Origin: Desulfatiglandales bacterium
GTDB lineage: Bacteria; Desulfobacterota; DSM-4660; Desulfatiglandales; Desulfatiglandaceae
Direction: 5' to 3'
Assembly: GCA_963662465.1 (NCBI GenBank)
Contig: OY759599.1
Span: 736,001 to 800,000, forward strand
DNA length: 64,000 nucleotides
Shown here: positions 19,410-29,571 of the stretch, in pieces
How positions within the stretch are numbered: position 1 is the stretch's first letter
How the letters are laid out: every line of letters begins with the position of its first letter
The notes under the pieces: model-generated
Seen by the model: only the letters and a program-made list of their open reading frames with translations
Database searches by the model: none
What the model was told of the DNA's origin: nothing
Program-made: the position numbers and the translations under genes

Positions 19410-19931
19410 ATGCTGTTAAAAGGATACAAAACAGAGATTTCACGCCCCGAATGCAATCCCGGATTTCAAACGGTAGACTGCATCGCACATCTGGAGAAGG
19501 ATATCAGCGAAGTGCTTCCCTATTTGAACGCTGAACTGGGAGGATATGAATACTTTAAGAATCCGCCGGCTGTGAGCTTTCGGCTTCAGGGAAAAATTAT
19601 CGTTTTTCACGGCGATAAAATTACCATCAACGCTCTTAAAGACGAGGAAGAGGCTGAAAAAATCCTTCAGTGGCTGATGCGGGAAGTCAATGATATCTGG
19701 GAGCGAAAACATGAAATCGTACCCTCATACAAAAGTGCACCCAAACCCAACATTTTGCAAATCCTCAAACTTCTTCCCGGATTAAGTGGATGCCGGCGAT
19801 GTGGGCAACCCACCTGTATGGTTTTTGCGACACTTCTGGCTCAGGGCGCAAAAGGGCCTGATAACTGCCCGGAGCTGTCAAATCAAAAGGCTGAAGCGCT
19901 GCGGCAATACCTGGACCAATTCTCCTTTTAG
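19410..19931 (+). CDS. (Fe-S)-binding protein with C-terminal FeS domain
   Basis: DISEVLPYLNAELGG N-domain; LPGLSGCRRCGQPTCMVFA...CPEL four-Cys motif. Confidence 0.8.
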   Translation: MLLKGYKTEISRPECNPGFQTVDCIAHLEKDISEVLPYLNAELGGYEYFKNPPAVSFRLQGKIIVFHGDKITINALKDEEEAEKILQWLMREVNDIWERKHEIVPSYKSAPKPNILQILKLLPGLSGCRRCGQPTCMVFATLLAQGAKGPDNCPELSNQKAEALRQYLDQFSF

Positions 19932-20060
19932 GATGAGGATAAGACCATCGGCGCCATTACGGCGTATCGTACAGCATTTGGTGTCAACTCAGGGGATGTT
20001 GTTCAGGAAGGAGTGAATCTACAGAAACGACATCAATATCGCATCGCGGATTGAGAAGCC

Positions 20061-20099
20061 GGGCCGAGGGAGACAACCTCCGCTCGGCCCTTTTCTTTT
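20061..20099 (+). terminator. Rho-independent terminator
   Basis: GGGCCGAG...CTCGGCCC stem followed by TTTTCTTTT, between convergent ORFs. Confidence 0.65.
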
Positions 20100-20100
20100 G

Positions 20101-20376
20101 TCAGGGGATACGGTATTTGACACTTTCACCATATGGAAAGACCCGCCAGGTATCCTGTGCAATTACGCACCAGTACCATGGGAGCGAGGGGTCGACCATG
20201 TCGAATTTCACCTTCACTTGGATGTCCAATGTGGCCGCTTGTGGATCAAGCGGCAGGTTCAATTCCATACGGCTGCAAGATATGGTAAAAAGCTCCTTGT
20301 CCGGCCAGAATTTGATCCGGACAATCTCGCTCCCCCCGCTGCTGCTATTGTAGTATAGATAGTATCCAGCGCTCAT
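20101..20376 (-). CDS. Hypothetical protein, probably the C-terminal remnant of a longer gene
   Basis: 91-aa ORF with protein-like composition ending at the terminator; no RBS; lies next to repeat elements. Confidence 0.3.
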   Translation of the reverse strand: MSAGYYLYYNSSSGGSEIVRIKFWPDKELFTISCSRMELNLPLDPQAATLDIQVKVKFDMVDPSLPWYWCVIAQDTWRVFPYGESVKYRIP

Positions 20377-20535
20377 ATAGCCGGGCTTGGGGTCGGACCA
20401 GGCAAAACACCATAAATCAAGACAGTTAGTGCAAAAAATGGCCTAAAAACGGCCCTATAATCGCGTTTTTGGGCTTTCAGTCGTCGACGACCGAACAAAA
20501 GTTGCCGCCGCCATGAAAATGGGGTATCATAATTT

Positions 20536-20690
20536 GGTTCATCGCGGATTAACGTGAAATCGCGCTTTGAGATTGTTTCGGTTCGGGCTGTAGGTGCGAC
20601 TTCAGTCGCACAGGGTCGGCTTAATGTGCGACTGAAGTCGCACCTACAATCGGCTCAGAAGCCAAATCTCACGCGAATCCACGATGAGCC
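20536..20690. mobile_element. 155-bp MITE-like element with 25-bp imperfect TIRs, 8-bp TSD and internal REP doublet
   Basis: Left end GGTTCATCGCGGATTAACGTGAAAT versus reverse complement of right end GGCTCATCGTGGATTCGCGTGAGAT; CATAATTT directly repeated at 20528-20535 and 20691-20698. Confidence 0.8.
20590..20648. repeat. Inverted GTAG REP doublet (BIME/REPIN-like)
   Basis: GTAGGTGCGACTTCAGTCGCACA ... TGTGCGACTGAAGTCGCACCTAC perfect inverted pair, each copy with an internal hairpin. Confidence 0.85.
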
Positions 20691-20909
20691 CATAATTTCA
20701 CATGAAATCCTTGAGTTGCCAGCTTTGAAGAGGCCTGTAGTTTATGATCGATACGGATTCACCCTGGAAAGAAATCCTGGAACATTATTTCGAACCTTTC
20801 ATGGCCCTGTTTTTTCCCGACGCTCATGCTGAGATTGACTGGGAGAGGGGCTATGAATTTTAGGTGTGATTGGCATGCCACGAGAAAAGGCAAGGGGGTC
20901 GTATAGCAG

Positions 20910-22055
20910 ATGCGAATGGTTGTTTTTCTAAGCGTTTTCATTACCCTCTACGGGTCTCTCCATTTTTATGCCTTCCGGAAGGCCAGGGGGGCATTTCGTT
21001 TTCACAAAGGCGTGGGCATCGTTTTAGGCCTTTTCATGGGGGGGATGATTTTTTGTCCCATCATGGTCCGGGTGCTCGAGCGGCAGGGGATGGATTCCAT
21101 TGCCTGGATGTTGGCTTATGTCGGATACACCTGGATGGGGTTCCTGTTTTTATTTGTTTCGACCGCATTTTGTTTGGATGTTTGCCGAGGTTTGGGCTTT
21201 TTGTTTTTCCGAGCCAAAGGTCGCCGGCCCATTAAAAGGTTGCTCTCGCCAAAGGCGGTTTTTTCCCTCGCCCTGGGGGTGGCGTTGGTTTTGGGCGTTT
21301 ATGCTCAGATCGAGGCCGTCAGCATTCGAACGGAGTATGTTGTCATCGAAACGCCCAAAATTCCGAAAGAAGTGGGTCGCCTCAGAATCGTTCAAATTTC
21401 GGATGTTCATCTGGGGCTGATTGTGGGAGAGTGGCGGCTATCGCGGATACTGGATGCGGTAGCTGCGGCAAATCCGGACATCCTGGTTTCCACCGGGGAT
21501 TTGCTGGACGGGCAGATCGATGGCATTGAAGTCCTGCCGGAAGCATTTCAAAAGATCAAACCGCCTCTCGGCAAATATGCGGTCAACGGGAACCACGAAT
21601 ATTATGTGGGGATCGAGCGGGGCCGGAATTTTTGTAAGGATGCTGGTTTTACCCTGCTTTCAGATGAAACCATTGATATTCCGGGCGCGGCGGTTATCGT
21701 CGGGGTGGATGACCCGGCTGCAAACCGATTCGGTCTACCTGAAAAGGCGACGGAAGAGCAATTGTTATCCGGTTTGCCAAAGGACCGGTTTATCCTGCTG
21801 TTAAAGCATCGGCCGACGTTGAATCCCCTGTCTAAAAATCTGTTTGATCTGCAATTGTCCGGTCATACCCACCGGGGGCAGATTTTTCCCTTCACCCTGA
21901 TCATCAAGATGTTTTATCCCATTGATTCGGGATTGCTGAAGCTCGAAAACGAATCTTTTCTGTATGTCAATCGGGGGGCCGGGACCTGGGGGCCGCCCAT
22001 GCGGTTTCTGGCGCCTCCCGAAGTGACGGTGATCGATCTGGTGCATGGGAAGTAG
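20910..22055 (+). CDS. Membrane-anchored calcineurin-like metallophosphoesterase (YkuE/YaeI-like)
   Basis: N-terminal TMs; SDVH, TGDLLDG, GNHE and SGHTH motifs. Confidence 0.9.
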   Translation: MRMVVFLSVFITLYGSLHFYAFRKARGAFRFHKGVGIVLGLFMGGMIFCPIMVRVLERQGMDSIAWMLAYVGYTWMGFLFLFVSTAFCLDVCRGLGFLFFRAKGRRPIKRLLSPKAVFSLALGVALVLGVYAQIEAVSIRTEYVVIETPKIPKEVGRLRIVQISDVHLGLIVGEWRLSRILDAVAAANPDILVSTGDLLDGQIDGIEVLPEAFQKIKPPLGKYAVNGNHEYYVGIERGRNFCKDAGFTLLSDETIDIPGAAVIVGVDDPAANRFGLPEKATEEQLLSGLPKDRFILLLKHRPTLNPLSKNLFDLQLSGHTHRGQIFPFTLIIKMFYPIDSGLLKLENESFLYVNRGAGTWGPPMRFLAPPEVTVIDLVHGK

Positions 22056-22152
22056 GAAAAGCGGTTGACCTATCCATTGGCTCGGATTAGATGGCATAAA
22101 CATCAAAACAGTTGTCAGGGGGCAGGATACAGTTACTTAAGGAGATCCCAAT

Positions 22153-23736
22153 ATGGAAACTGTTAACGACACCATCGGCGGCAGCTTGGAAAAAATCGCA
22201 CGGCGCTATCCCGAGCGCGACGCCCTGATTCATAGCCAAAGGGGTATGCGGTACAACTATGAACTTTTGTCGTGGCAGGCGAGCCGGGTCGCCGGCGGTC
22301 TGGCGGCTCTGGAGATTCAAATGGGGGATCGGGTCGCCATATGGGCTGCCAACATCCCGGAATGGGTCATTTCCATGCTGGCCATTGCAAAGCTGGGCGC
22401 CGTTTTCGTTCCCGTTGATCCGGGGGCCGGCGAGGAGGATTTGAAATACATTCTGGCGCAGGCGGAATGTGTAGCGCTGATGGTGTCGGGAGACCTGGCG
22501 GATCGGGCGGTGTCAATTAATATTTTGTCCCTTAAAAACATCATTGTGACGTCCTCCGAACCTTACGAGGAGATCATCTCATGGTCGGAGCTGATGATCA
22601 TGGGGGACCAGGGGGATTCCGCAAGTCTCCTCGAAATGGAAAAAACTGTTCAGCCGGAAGATCCCGTGGCCATCATGTACACTTCCGGCACGACGGGTCG
22701 GCCCAAGGGGGTCGTATTGGATCACCTAGGATTGATCAACAAGTCCCTCTGTTCCACCGAACGTCAGAACATCACGGAGCAGGATCGCCTGTGCCTGTTT
22801 TTCCCTCTTTTTCACATGTTCGGCAACACCTGCATTGCACTGTCGGGTCTCATTCGAGGGGCGGCCCTGGTCATGCCCTCTGAAGCTTTTGACCCGGTCA
22901 ATATCCTTGAGAGTATCTTTAAAGAACGTTGTACTGCAATTTACGGATCTCCCGCCATGTTTATCGCGTTATTGGAACACCATGCCTTCAGGAAAGATCG
23001 ATGGGCATTGGTGCGAACGGGCATTGTGGGGGGCGCCCCCTGTCCCATGGAATTGATGAAGCGACTTGTGGAAGAGGTGGGGGTTTCGGAAATCACGGTC
23101 GCTTACGGCATTACGGAAACCGCCTCCTGGATCACCATGACCCATCCTGATGATCCGCTTGCGTTGCGGGTGGGGACCATCGGAACCCCGTTGCCCTGTA
23201 ATCAGGTGAAGATTGTGGACCCGGCAACCGGCGAGGACCGCCCGCCTGATACCCAGGGGGAACTCTGTACCAAAGGATTTTTGATGAAAGAATATCATGG
23301 CATGCCGGGGGCCACGGCCGCCGCCGTGGATCGGGACGGATGGTTCCATACGGGCGATCTGGGAGAAATGGATGTAAAAGGGTATTTCAGAATAACCGGT
23401 CGGCTGAAAGACGTGATTGTCAGGGATAAAATGGAAATTTTTCCCGTGGAAGTGGAGGAGTGTCTATACCGGCATCCGGATGTGTCGGAGGTGCAGGTCT
23501 TCGGCGTACCCCATGCTGAAAAGGGACAGGAGGTGGCGGCCTGGGTTAAGCGAAAGGCCGGTTCCACTTTGAACGAACATGATCTGGCGGCCTATGCTGA
23601 GGAGAATGTGGCGGAGAAAATGCGGCCCCGTTATTTCAAAATAGTGGATGGTTTTCCCATGACGCGCAGCGGGAAGGTTCAGAAGTTTAAGTTGACCGAG
23701 CTGGCTGCAAAAGAGATCGGGATTGCCCCATCGTGA
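22153..23736 (+). CDS. AMP-dependent acyl-CoA synthetase
   Basis: YTSGTTGRPKG P-loop, YGITET, WFHTGDLG and SGKVQK motifs. Confidence 0.92.
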   Translation: METVNDTIGGSLEKIARRYPERDALIHSQRGMRYNYELLSWQASRVAGGLAALEIQMGDRVAIWAANIPEWVISMLAIAKLGAVFVPVDPGAGEEDLKYILAQAECVALMVSGDLADRAVSINILSLKNIIVTSSEPYEEIISWSELMIMGDQGDSASLLEMEKTVQPEDPVAIMYTSGTTGRPKGVVLDHLGLINKSLCSTERQNITEQDRLCLFFPLFHMFGNTCIALSGLIRGAALVMPSEAFDPVNILESIFKERCTAIYGSPAMFIALLEHHAFRKDRWALVRTGIVGGAPCPMELMKRLVEEVGVSEITVAYGITETASWITMTHPDDPLALRVGTIGTPLPCNQVKIVDPATGEDRPPDTQGELCTKGFLMKEYHGMPGATAAAVDRDGWFHTGDLGEMDVKGYFRITGRLKDVIVRDKMEIFPVEVEECLYRHPDVSEVQVFGVPHAEKGQEVAAWVKRKAGSTLNEHDLAAYAEENVAEKMRPRYFKIVDGFPMTRSGKVQKFKLTELAAKEIGIAPS

Positions 23737-24011
23737 GGTTGTTAGTAGCCTAACGCTGCCCTGATCTGCAATTCAGAGAGCCGGTGCAAGGAATTGAGCA
23801 GACGTGCAAAGTCCTCCTCCCGCGGCTTTTATTCGGCGGCAGATGGTTACTTCACATGGACTGCCAGATCTCCCTGCCATGTGCCGTCAAAGATCCCGTC
23901 GTCCTTGTCGTCGATGGCAAAATCCGATTGACATTGCTTTTTTGAACGGATTAGAAATAATGTCGTTATTAAAAATGTCAGGATCAGGGAAAGGGCTTCG
24001 CAAGGAAAAAT

Positions 24012-25652
24012 ATGAGGGACGCAACGTTTTTACATCGCCTGCCGGGACTTCTTGTCATGATTGGATGCTGCTTTATGGTTGCATCCTGCGCCTTTGTGGA
24101 GGAGCGGATCGATCAAACCGTGGGAGGCCCGAATCTGCCGGCCGATACCACTGTGACCATGGCATCAGACGCCGGGAAACAACCACCTGTCGAAATACCC
24201 ATAAGCACGATGACGCCGCCCGGTCCCCTGAAAATTACCGTCACCGAGGCGATTCTGCTTTCACTGGAGAACAACCGATCCCTGGTTGTGGAAAGGTTGA
24301 ACCCCGCCATTACAAAAACCTTTGAAGACGCACAAAGGGCTGTGTTTGATCCGAATGCCGCCGCGGAAATCTCCGGCGGTCGGACCGACGGCGAACGGCA
24401 GGCAAGGGCCGGTTCCGAAACCGAATCCTTCATCAAGGATGAAGGTATGGGCGTCATTTCTCTCAGTCAGTTCTTCCCCACGGGCACCACCGTCACACTG
24501 GAGGGTAAAACGGAAATGGACGACTCCTCCCTTTACCAGGACGCCTTTTACTGGACACGCTTGGGCCTGACGGTGAACCAGGCCATTCTGAGGGGATACG
24601 GAAGTGATGTGAATCTGGTGAGATTGCAGCAGGCCCGCCTGGATACGCGCATGTCGGAATATGAGTTGCGGGGCTTTACCCTGGCGCTGGTGGCGCAGGT
24701 GGAAGAGACCTATTGGGACTACGCGCTGGCCGGACGTCAGGTGAAAATTTTTGAGGAGTCGCTTAAGGTGGCCCGTCAGCAGGTAAATGAAACCCTGGCG
24801 TTGATCGACGTGGGCAGATTGGCCAAATCTGAATTGCCGGCGGTTCAGGCGGAACTGGCGGCACAGGAACAAGGGCTCATCAACGCACGGAGCGACAGGG
24901 AAACCACGCGTTTGCAGCTCCTGCGGCTGCTCAACCCTCCGGGTGCGGATCTCTGGGGGCGGGAAGTGGATTTGATCCATCAGCCGACACTTCCTGACGT
25001 AAAACTGGATGATGTTCGATCGTATGTGGCAATGGGCATGCGGATGCGACCCCTTTTGAACGAGGCACGGCTCAAACTGATGAGCCATGATCTGGAGTTG
25101 GTCAAAACCAAAAATGGGTTGCTGCCCTTATTGGATCTTTTTGTCACCCTCGGCAAAAGTGGCTATGCGAATTCCTTTGGCCAATCCGTTCGCAACATGA
25201 CGGGAGACGCTTACGACGCCTTTGTGGGCCTTCGGTTTGAATATCCCCTCTATAATCGAGAACCGAAATCCCGGCGCCGGAGAGCCATGCTGAGCCGTGA
25301 TCAGGCGGAGAAAGCCCTTAAAAACCTTTCGCAGCTGGTGGCGTTGGATGTTCAAACCGCCTATATCGAAGTGAACCGTGCCAAACAGCAGGTTAAGGCT
25401 TCCTCCACTACACGCATGTTTACTGAAGAAACCCTTCGGGTGGAAACGGAGAAACTGCGTGTGGGAAAATCAACCAGCCTTCTGGTGGCGCAGGCGCAGC
25501 GGGATCTTCTGATCAGCAGAATTTCGGAAGTGGATGCTCTGGTAAACTACATTAAGGCACTCATTACTCTCTATAGCCAGGATGGGTCATTGCTTGAGCG
25601 CCGGGGTATCGGGGCGCCCGGCGGGGAACCGGTCACTTTTTCAAAATCTTGA
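24012..25652 (+). CDS. TolC family outer membrane protein
   Basis: Lipoprotein-like N-terminus (VASC), two OEP repeats (VEETYWD; VQTAYIEV...GKSTSLLVAQAQRDL). Confidence 0.85.
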   Translation: MRDATFLHRLPGLLVMIGCCFMVASCAFVEERIDQTVGGPNLPADTTVTMASDAGKQPPVEIPISTMTPPGPLKITVTEAILLSLENNRSLVVERLNPAITKTFEDAQRAVFDPNAAAEISGGRTDGERQARAGSETESFIKDEGMGVISLSQFFPTGTTVTLEGKTEMDDSSLYQDAFYWTRLGLTVNQAILRGYGSDVNLVRLQQARLDTRMSEYELRGFTLALVAQVEETYWDYALAGRQVKIFEESLKVARQQVNETLALIDVGRLAKSELPAVQAELAAQEQGLINARSDRETTRLQLLRLLNPPGADLWGREVDLIHQPTLPDVKLDDVRSYVAMGMRMRPLLNEARLKLMSHDLELVKTKNGLLPLLDLFVTLGKSGYANSFGQSVRNMTGDAYDAFVGLRFEYPLYNREPKSRRRRAMLSRDQAEKALKNLSQLVALDVQTAYIEVNRAKQQVKASSTTRMFTEETLRVETEKLRVGKSTSLLVAQAQRDLLISRISEVDALVNYIKALITLYSQDGSLLERRGIGAPGGEPVTFSKS

Positions 25653-25661
25653 ACTTTCAAT

Positions 25662-26381
25662 TCAGGTTTGAATTTCAATTCCCGTTTGGGCAAACTCCTT
25701 AATAATGCAATCTTCCCAGCCTTTATTGGCTTTGGGGTTGGCGGGGCTGGGATGGGTGATTCGGCTTACCGTTACATCAAGATCGCTTAATGCCGCTTTT
25801 GCCCGATCTGCGGCGAATGCGCCGATGCCCACGACATGGCGCGGCTGTAGATACAGGATCGTTTCCCGCAGGGCCTGATCGCATGGGGCCAGAAGGGGTT
25901 TTCGTTCGGATACGGGGATCTGGTTTGGCGTTCGGTTCCGACCGGTTTCTTCCAGAAACATGAGGGGACAGTAATTGGCCACAAAGAAACGGCTAAAAAA
26001 GCGTTCAGGCGTACCAAACATGTTTTTGGCCCACCCCCAAAGGCGTTTTCCACTGACTTCACTCCTTTTGCACTGAAATCCTTCCACAGGTCGTTTGGGG
26101 TGGATGTTGTCGGGTGTCCCCCGGTTTGGTTTTATTTTCAGCCAGTCGCGCACGGTAATGATTTCACCGAATGGGACACCGGTCTGGACCATTCCCCAGG
26201 GACCCGGGTTCATTCCCAACAGGAGAACTTCCTTCGGTTTGCCGCCGTAGGCCTCAAGGTAGGCGTCATAGGCGGATCGAGCATATTGCAGGGGGTTATA
26301 GATATGGGTCACCGGCCTGCTGAACTTCAGCGGTTCCAGTGCTTTTTGCAGGTCGTCCGTAATTTTAAACAGATTTTGCAT
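25662..26381 (-). CDS. smug1: Single-strand selective monofunctional uracil-DNA glycosylase (SMUG1, family 3 UDG)
   Basis: YNPLQYA, GMNPGPWGMVQTGVPFG, SEVSGKRLW, NYCPL and HPSPAN motifs. Confidence 0.92.
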   Translation of the reverse strand: MQNLFKITDDLQKALEPLKFSRPVTHIYNPLQYARSAYDAYLEAYGGKPKEVLLLGMNPGPWGMVQTGVPFGEIITVRDWLKIKPNRGTPDNIHPKRPVEGFQCKRSEVSGKRLWGWAKNMFGTPERFFSRFFVANYCPLMFLEETGRNRTPNQIPVSERKPLLAPCDQALRETILYLQPRHVVGIGAFAADRAKAALSDLDVTVSRITHPSPANPKANKGWEDCIIKEFAQTGIEIQT

Positions 26382-26434
26382 GTTCCCTCATTCAACTTCC
26401 GGGTGATTTGAATACTGTTTTTTTACCACAATCA

Positions 26435-26463
26435 TTGACATCAACGGCGCAAACAGGTATTTG
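26435..26463 (+). promoter_or_regulatory. Possible sigma70 promoter for the ferredoxin gene
   Basis: TTGACA-17 nt-TATTTG in the divergent intergenic region. Confidence 0.35.
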
Positions 26464-26545
26464 TTAAAACAAGTTTCAACGATAGTCAACCCACTTTGTT
26501 TTGCTGTCGTTTATTGTCGTTTCATTCAAAAAAAGGAGGAGAACC

Positions 26546-26737
26546 ATGAAAGCGATTATCTCTAAACAGTGCATGGGAGACCGAAATTGCAATGATCTTT
26601 GTCCGCAGGTGTTTGAATACGATGAGAATGAATTGAAATCAATTGTGAAATTTGAAGAAATTCCGGAACAGTATCAAGACGTTGTTCGACGGGCCGCCGA
26701 GGAATGCGGCGCTGACGCCATCGAGATCATTGAATAA
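26546..26737 (+). CDS. Monocluster ferredoxin (CxxDxxC type)
   Basis: AGGAGGA RBS; CMGDRNCNDLCPQVF...ECGADAI; 63 aa, acidic. Confidence 0.88.
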   Translation: MKAIISKQCMGDRNCNDLCPQVFEYDENELKSIVKFEEIPEQYQDVVRRAAEECGADAIEIIE

Positions 26738-26872
26738 CCGCATCATCATTTTTTCGTAAGGCGATAAATGTTGCGATCGTTATGAAATAGGTTCCAAAAC
26801 CTTATTCCAAATGGTTCCGGCGTTTTTCGCCTTTTTTTAAACCGTTTTGTTCACATTCCCGAGGAGAAAATC

Positions 26873-27262
26873 ATGGCAGCCGATCGCGGAGGAGATTCGC
26901 GTTTTTTCAAGGGTTTTTTGTTTGGCGGCGTTATCGGTGCAGTGGCCGCGTTGCTTTTTGCGCCCAAATCCGGCAGGGAAATGCGCGAAGATCTTTGCAT
27001 CCGCTCCCTTGAACTGAAAGATGATGTGGAACAAAAACTTGAGCTTGCGGTAAAATCAGCAGAGGATATCCTCACTGAAAGCAGGCGAAAGCTGGAAACT
27101 TTCCGGAACGGGGCGAAATCCGGCTTAAAAAATCTGGAAACCGCGGCGACCGCCAAGTATATTGAGGGTAAAGATGCATTGAGAGATGAGAAAGGCCGTC
27201 TTAAGGAAGCCATCCATGCCGGCGTGGCCGCCTACAAGGATGAAAAAGAATCGAAAAGCTGA
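26873..27262 (+). CDS. YtxH domain-containing protein
   Basis: FFKGFLFGGVIGAVAALLFAPKSGREMR signature. Confidence 0.88.
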   Translation: MAADRGGDSRFFKGFLFGGVIGAVAALLFAPKSGREMREDLCIRSLELKDDVEQKLELAVKSAEDILTESRRKLETFRNGAKSGLKNLETAATAKYIEGKDALRDEKGRLKEAIHAGVAAYKDEKESKS

Positions 27263-27312
27263 ATGAAATTTTTACGGTTGTTCACCATTAAGTTATTACA
27301 GGTGCCGAAAAC

Positions 27313-27696
27313 ATGGATATTTCCATCAGCGTCGCATTGATTGCCGTGTTGCTTTTTCTGAACACCATTTTCCTGGTGGCTTTATTGATAAACGCTTTCA
27401 AGGCGTTTTCAGAAGCGCGGAAATTTTTTGAGATGGCCAAACTGCAACTGGCGCCCATCAGCCATGATGTTACCCAAATTACGACTGAAGTGAAGGGGAT
27501 ACTCGCCGTCGTTCAAAAAGATATGGATAAGGTTGGCGACAGTCTGGATCATGTGAGGGATACCACGCGAAATCTGAAGGAATTTGAGTTTATGGTCCAG
27601 GAACGCATCCAGGGGCCACTCCTGGAAATAACGACGCTCTTATCCGCTTTGGTGAAGGGGGGACGGGTTTTCTGGCATACCCTGGTTGGAAAATAG
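27313..27696 (+). CDS. DUF948-like membrane-anchored coiled-coil protein
   Basis: N-terminal TM plus coiled coil; usual neighbour of YtxH genes. Confidence 0.6.
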   Translation: MDISISVALIAVLLFLNTIFLVALLINAFKAFSEARKFFEMAKLQLAPISHDVTQITTEVKGILAVVQKDMDKVGDSLDHVRDTTRNLKEFEFMVQERIQGPLLEITTLLSALVKGGRVFWHTLVGK

Positions 27697-27717
27697 GCAA
27701 CTGCTCCCTGTGAGTGG

Positions 27718-29523
27718 TTATTTGCCCTGCGCTTCCTCCGCATTCAAAAAGCAGATGCGCTCAAAGCCCAGGGCCGCCGCCACGAACCTTTTGAGCCGCA
27801 GGTCCCGGTACTTGTCTGCCAGCCGGTTTCCGTAGTCTAGGGCCTGTGCCCTGCCTTTCCCAAGCGCCCGCGCAACCTGGGGCAGCGCATACAGTTCGTT
27901 GGAAGACAGGCTTCGAATAGCCTCCCCGCTGAGACCCAGGTCTTTGAGACTCAGAAATTTGAACTCGATCAACACGTCAAAAATGCTCAGGTATCGCTTG
28001 TCCGGCCGGATGATCATGGTGAGGTCCGCGTAGCGGCGTTCCAGCTCCGGTTCCGAATCCATGATATAGAGAATGTCGTTATAGAGCAGCGCCAGAAAAG
28101 CGGTCTTGATGGTCAGCTCATTGGCCTGGGCATAATCCCGGTTTTTGAACACGGTAAAAAGATGGTCCTCCACAAAGGCGCATACCGGCTGGATGTCCCC
28201 TTCCTGATAGACCTTTTCAGCCGCCAGCCGACCCCTGTCCCGAATCACGGGGTCCGGCAGCATCATGCGTCGCACCCGTTCTACGTACAGGCTCTGCATT
28301 ACCAGGTTCGGGACCTTCAGGGCGAGTTCCCCCCGGGGCGTCTCGCCTACCAGGGTCAGCACGCCGAAATAGTAGAGAAACGAGGCGATGAAGGTCCTGT
28401 CCCTGGATTGATCGGAAAGCATCTCAGTGAGGCCGAAGCGTTTGCTGATCCTGGGAATGACCACGCTCGCATCCCTTTGGGTCAGTGTGAAGACCATCTC
28501 TCGACCTCCCGGAAGATCCGCCGTGTACATAAGCTTGGACTCGTCCACGGCCAGGTTGGCGTCCAGCATTTCAGTGGGGTAGGCACATCCGGATTGGAAT
28601 TCATCAAAGAAATAAAGGCACAGCGTGGGATTGTACACCGGAGTGGTCTGCTCGGGCGCAAACCGGTAGCCGTTATACCAGGTGCGCATCATCATAAGCG
28701 CTTCCCGGGCGTCTTCCTTTTCGAGTCCGCAATCCTCGGCAATGTCATATAGCGTCTTTTCCACCTCTTCTTCCCTGAACCCGCAAAGGTCGGCGAACCG
28801 GGGGGCAAAAAAAATATCCCTGGCGATGTTGTGTCCGCTGGTGATATCGCTCATGACCACCGGCGACACCCCGGTGATGAACACCCGGTCGAACCCGGTT
28901 CCGGAGGTGGAGGCCTTTACTACCTTGAACACGGTCTTCAGAAGCCCTTCATCATGGACCATCGCTTTATATCGGGTGCGGGAATCCAGGGTGGGCAACA
29001 TCATGATGGTGTTGGCGAAATTGTCGTATTCGTCGATGAGGAGAAATACCGGATGGCCGAATGTCTTCGTTGAAGAAATAAGGGATTGAATGGAAAACAG
29101 CGCATTTGCGCGGTCGATTTCCATATGCGGCAGATGAAACCCCTGCGCCCCATAAGTTTGTGCAAAATCCAAAATAGCGCCGTTGATGTGATCATACAAA
29201 GACCGCTTCACATCCTCGGGTGTGCCGGTAGGGTCCACGCAGGAAAAATCCAGGCGCAGAATGAAATAGCTGTTTCGCGGGGGGGTGGGGTTGCGGCCGA
29301 TGGCAAGATGCCCAAAGATCTCATTAAAAGCGTCTTTTCGGGCGATGTCGTAGTAGTTTTCCAGCATGGACAAGAGCAGACTCTTGCCGAACCGGCGGGG
29401 GCGGATAAAAAGCTGGCTCTTCCCCTGTTCCAGCAAAGGAATGGACCCGGTGCGATCACAATAAAAATATCCCTCGGTGATGATTTGTCTGAAATCCGCC
29501 ATTCCATAGGGGAATTTGATCAT
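27718..29523 (-). CDS. AAA-ATPase-like plus PD-(D/E)XK nuclease domain protein, copy A
   Basis: KFPYGMADF, RPRRFGKS Walker A, LLIDEYDNF Walker B, WYNGYRF, YNPT and C-terminal SEPE..RRYADL...LIEFK nuclease motif. Confidence 0.9.
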   Translation of the reverse strand: MIKFPYGMADFRQIITEGYFYCDRTGSIPLLEQGKSQLFIRPRRFGKSLLLSMLENYYDIARKDAFNEIFGHLAIGRNPTPPRNSYFILRLDFSCVDPTGTPEDVKRSLYDHINGAILDFAQTYGAQGFHLPHMEIDRANALFSIQSLISSTKTFGHPVFLLIDEYDNFANTIMMLPTLDSRTRYKAMVHDEGLLKTVFKVVKASTSGTGFDRVFITGVSPVVMSDITSGHNIARDIFFAPRFADLCGFREEEVEKTLYDIAEDCGLEKEDAREALMMMRTWYNGYRFAPEQTTPVYNPTLCLYFFDEFQSGCAYPTEMLDANLAVDESKLMYTADLPGGREMVFTLTQRDASVVIPRISKRFGLTEMLSDQSRDRTFIASFLYYFGVLTLVGETPRGELALKVPNLVMQSLYVERVRRMMLPDPVIRDRGRLAAEKVYQEGDIQPVCAFVEDHLFTVFKNRDYAQANELTIKTAFLALLYNDILYIMDSEPELERRYADLTMIIRPDKRYLSIFDVLIEFKFLSLKDLGLSGEAIRSLSSNELYALPQVARALGKGRAQALDYGNRLADKYRDLRLKRFVAAALGFERICFLNAEEAQGK

Positions 29524-29571
29524 TGCGTAAAACCCTCCGTGTTATTCGTGGTGAAAAGAAGGTTGCCGTGG

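Noticed and set aside
20420..20475. Possible IS end and GCCTAAAAACG/CGTTTTTGGGC hairpin
   Set aside because: No partner end or target duplication found
23847..23925. Minus-strand peptide DFAIDDKDDGIFDGTWQGDLAVHVK*, perhaps the tail of a secreted protein
   Set aside because: Only about 25 codons; cannot be assigned without a search
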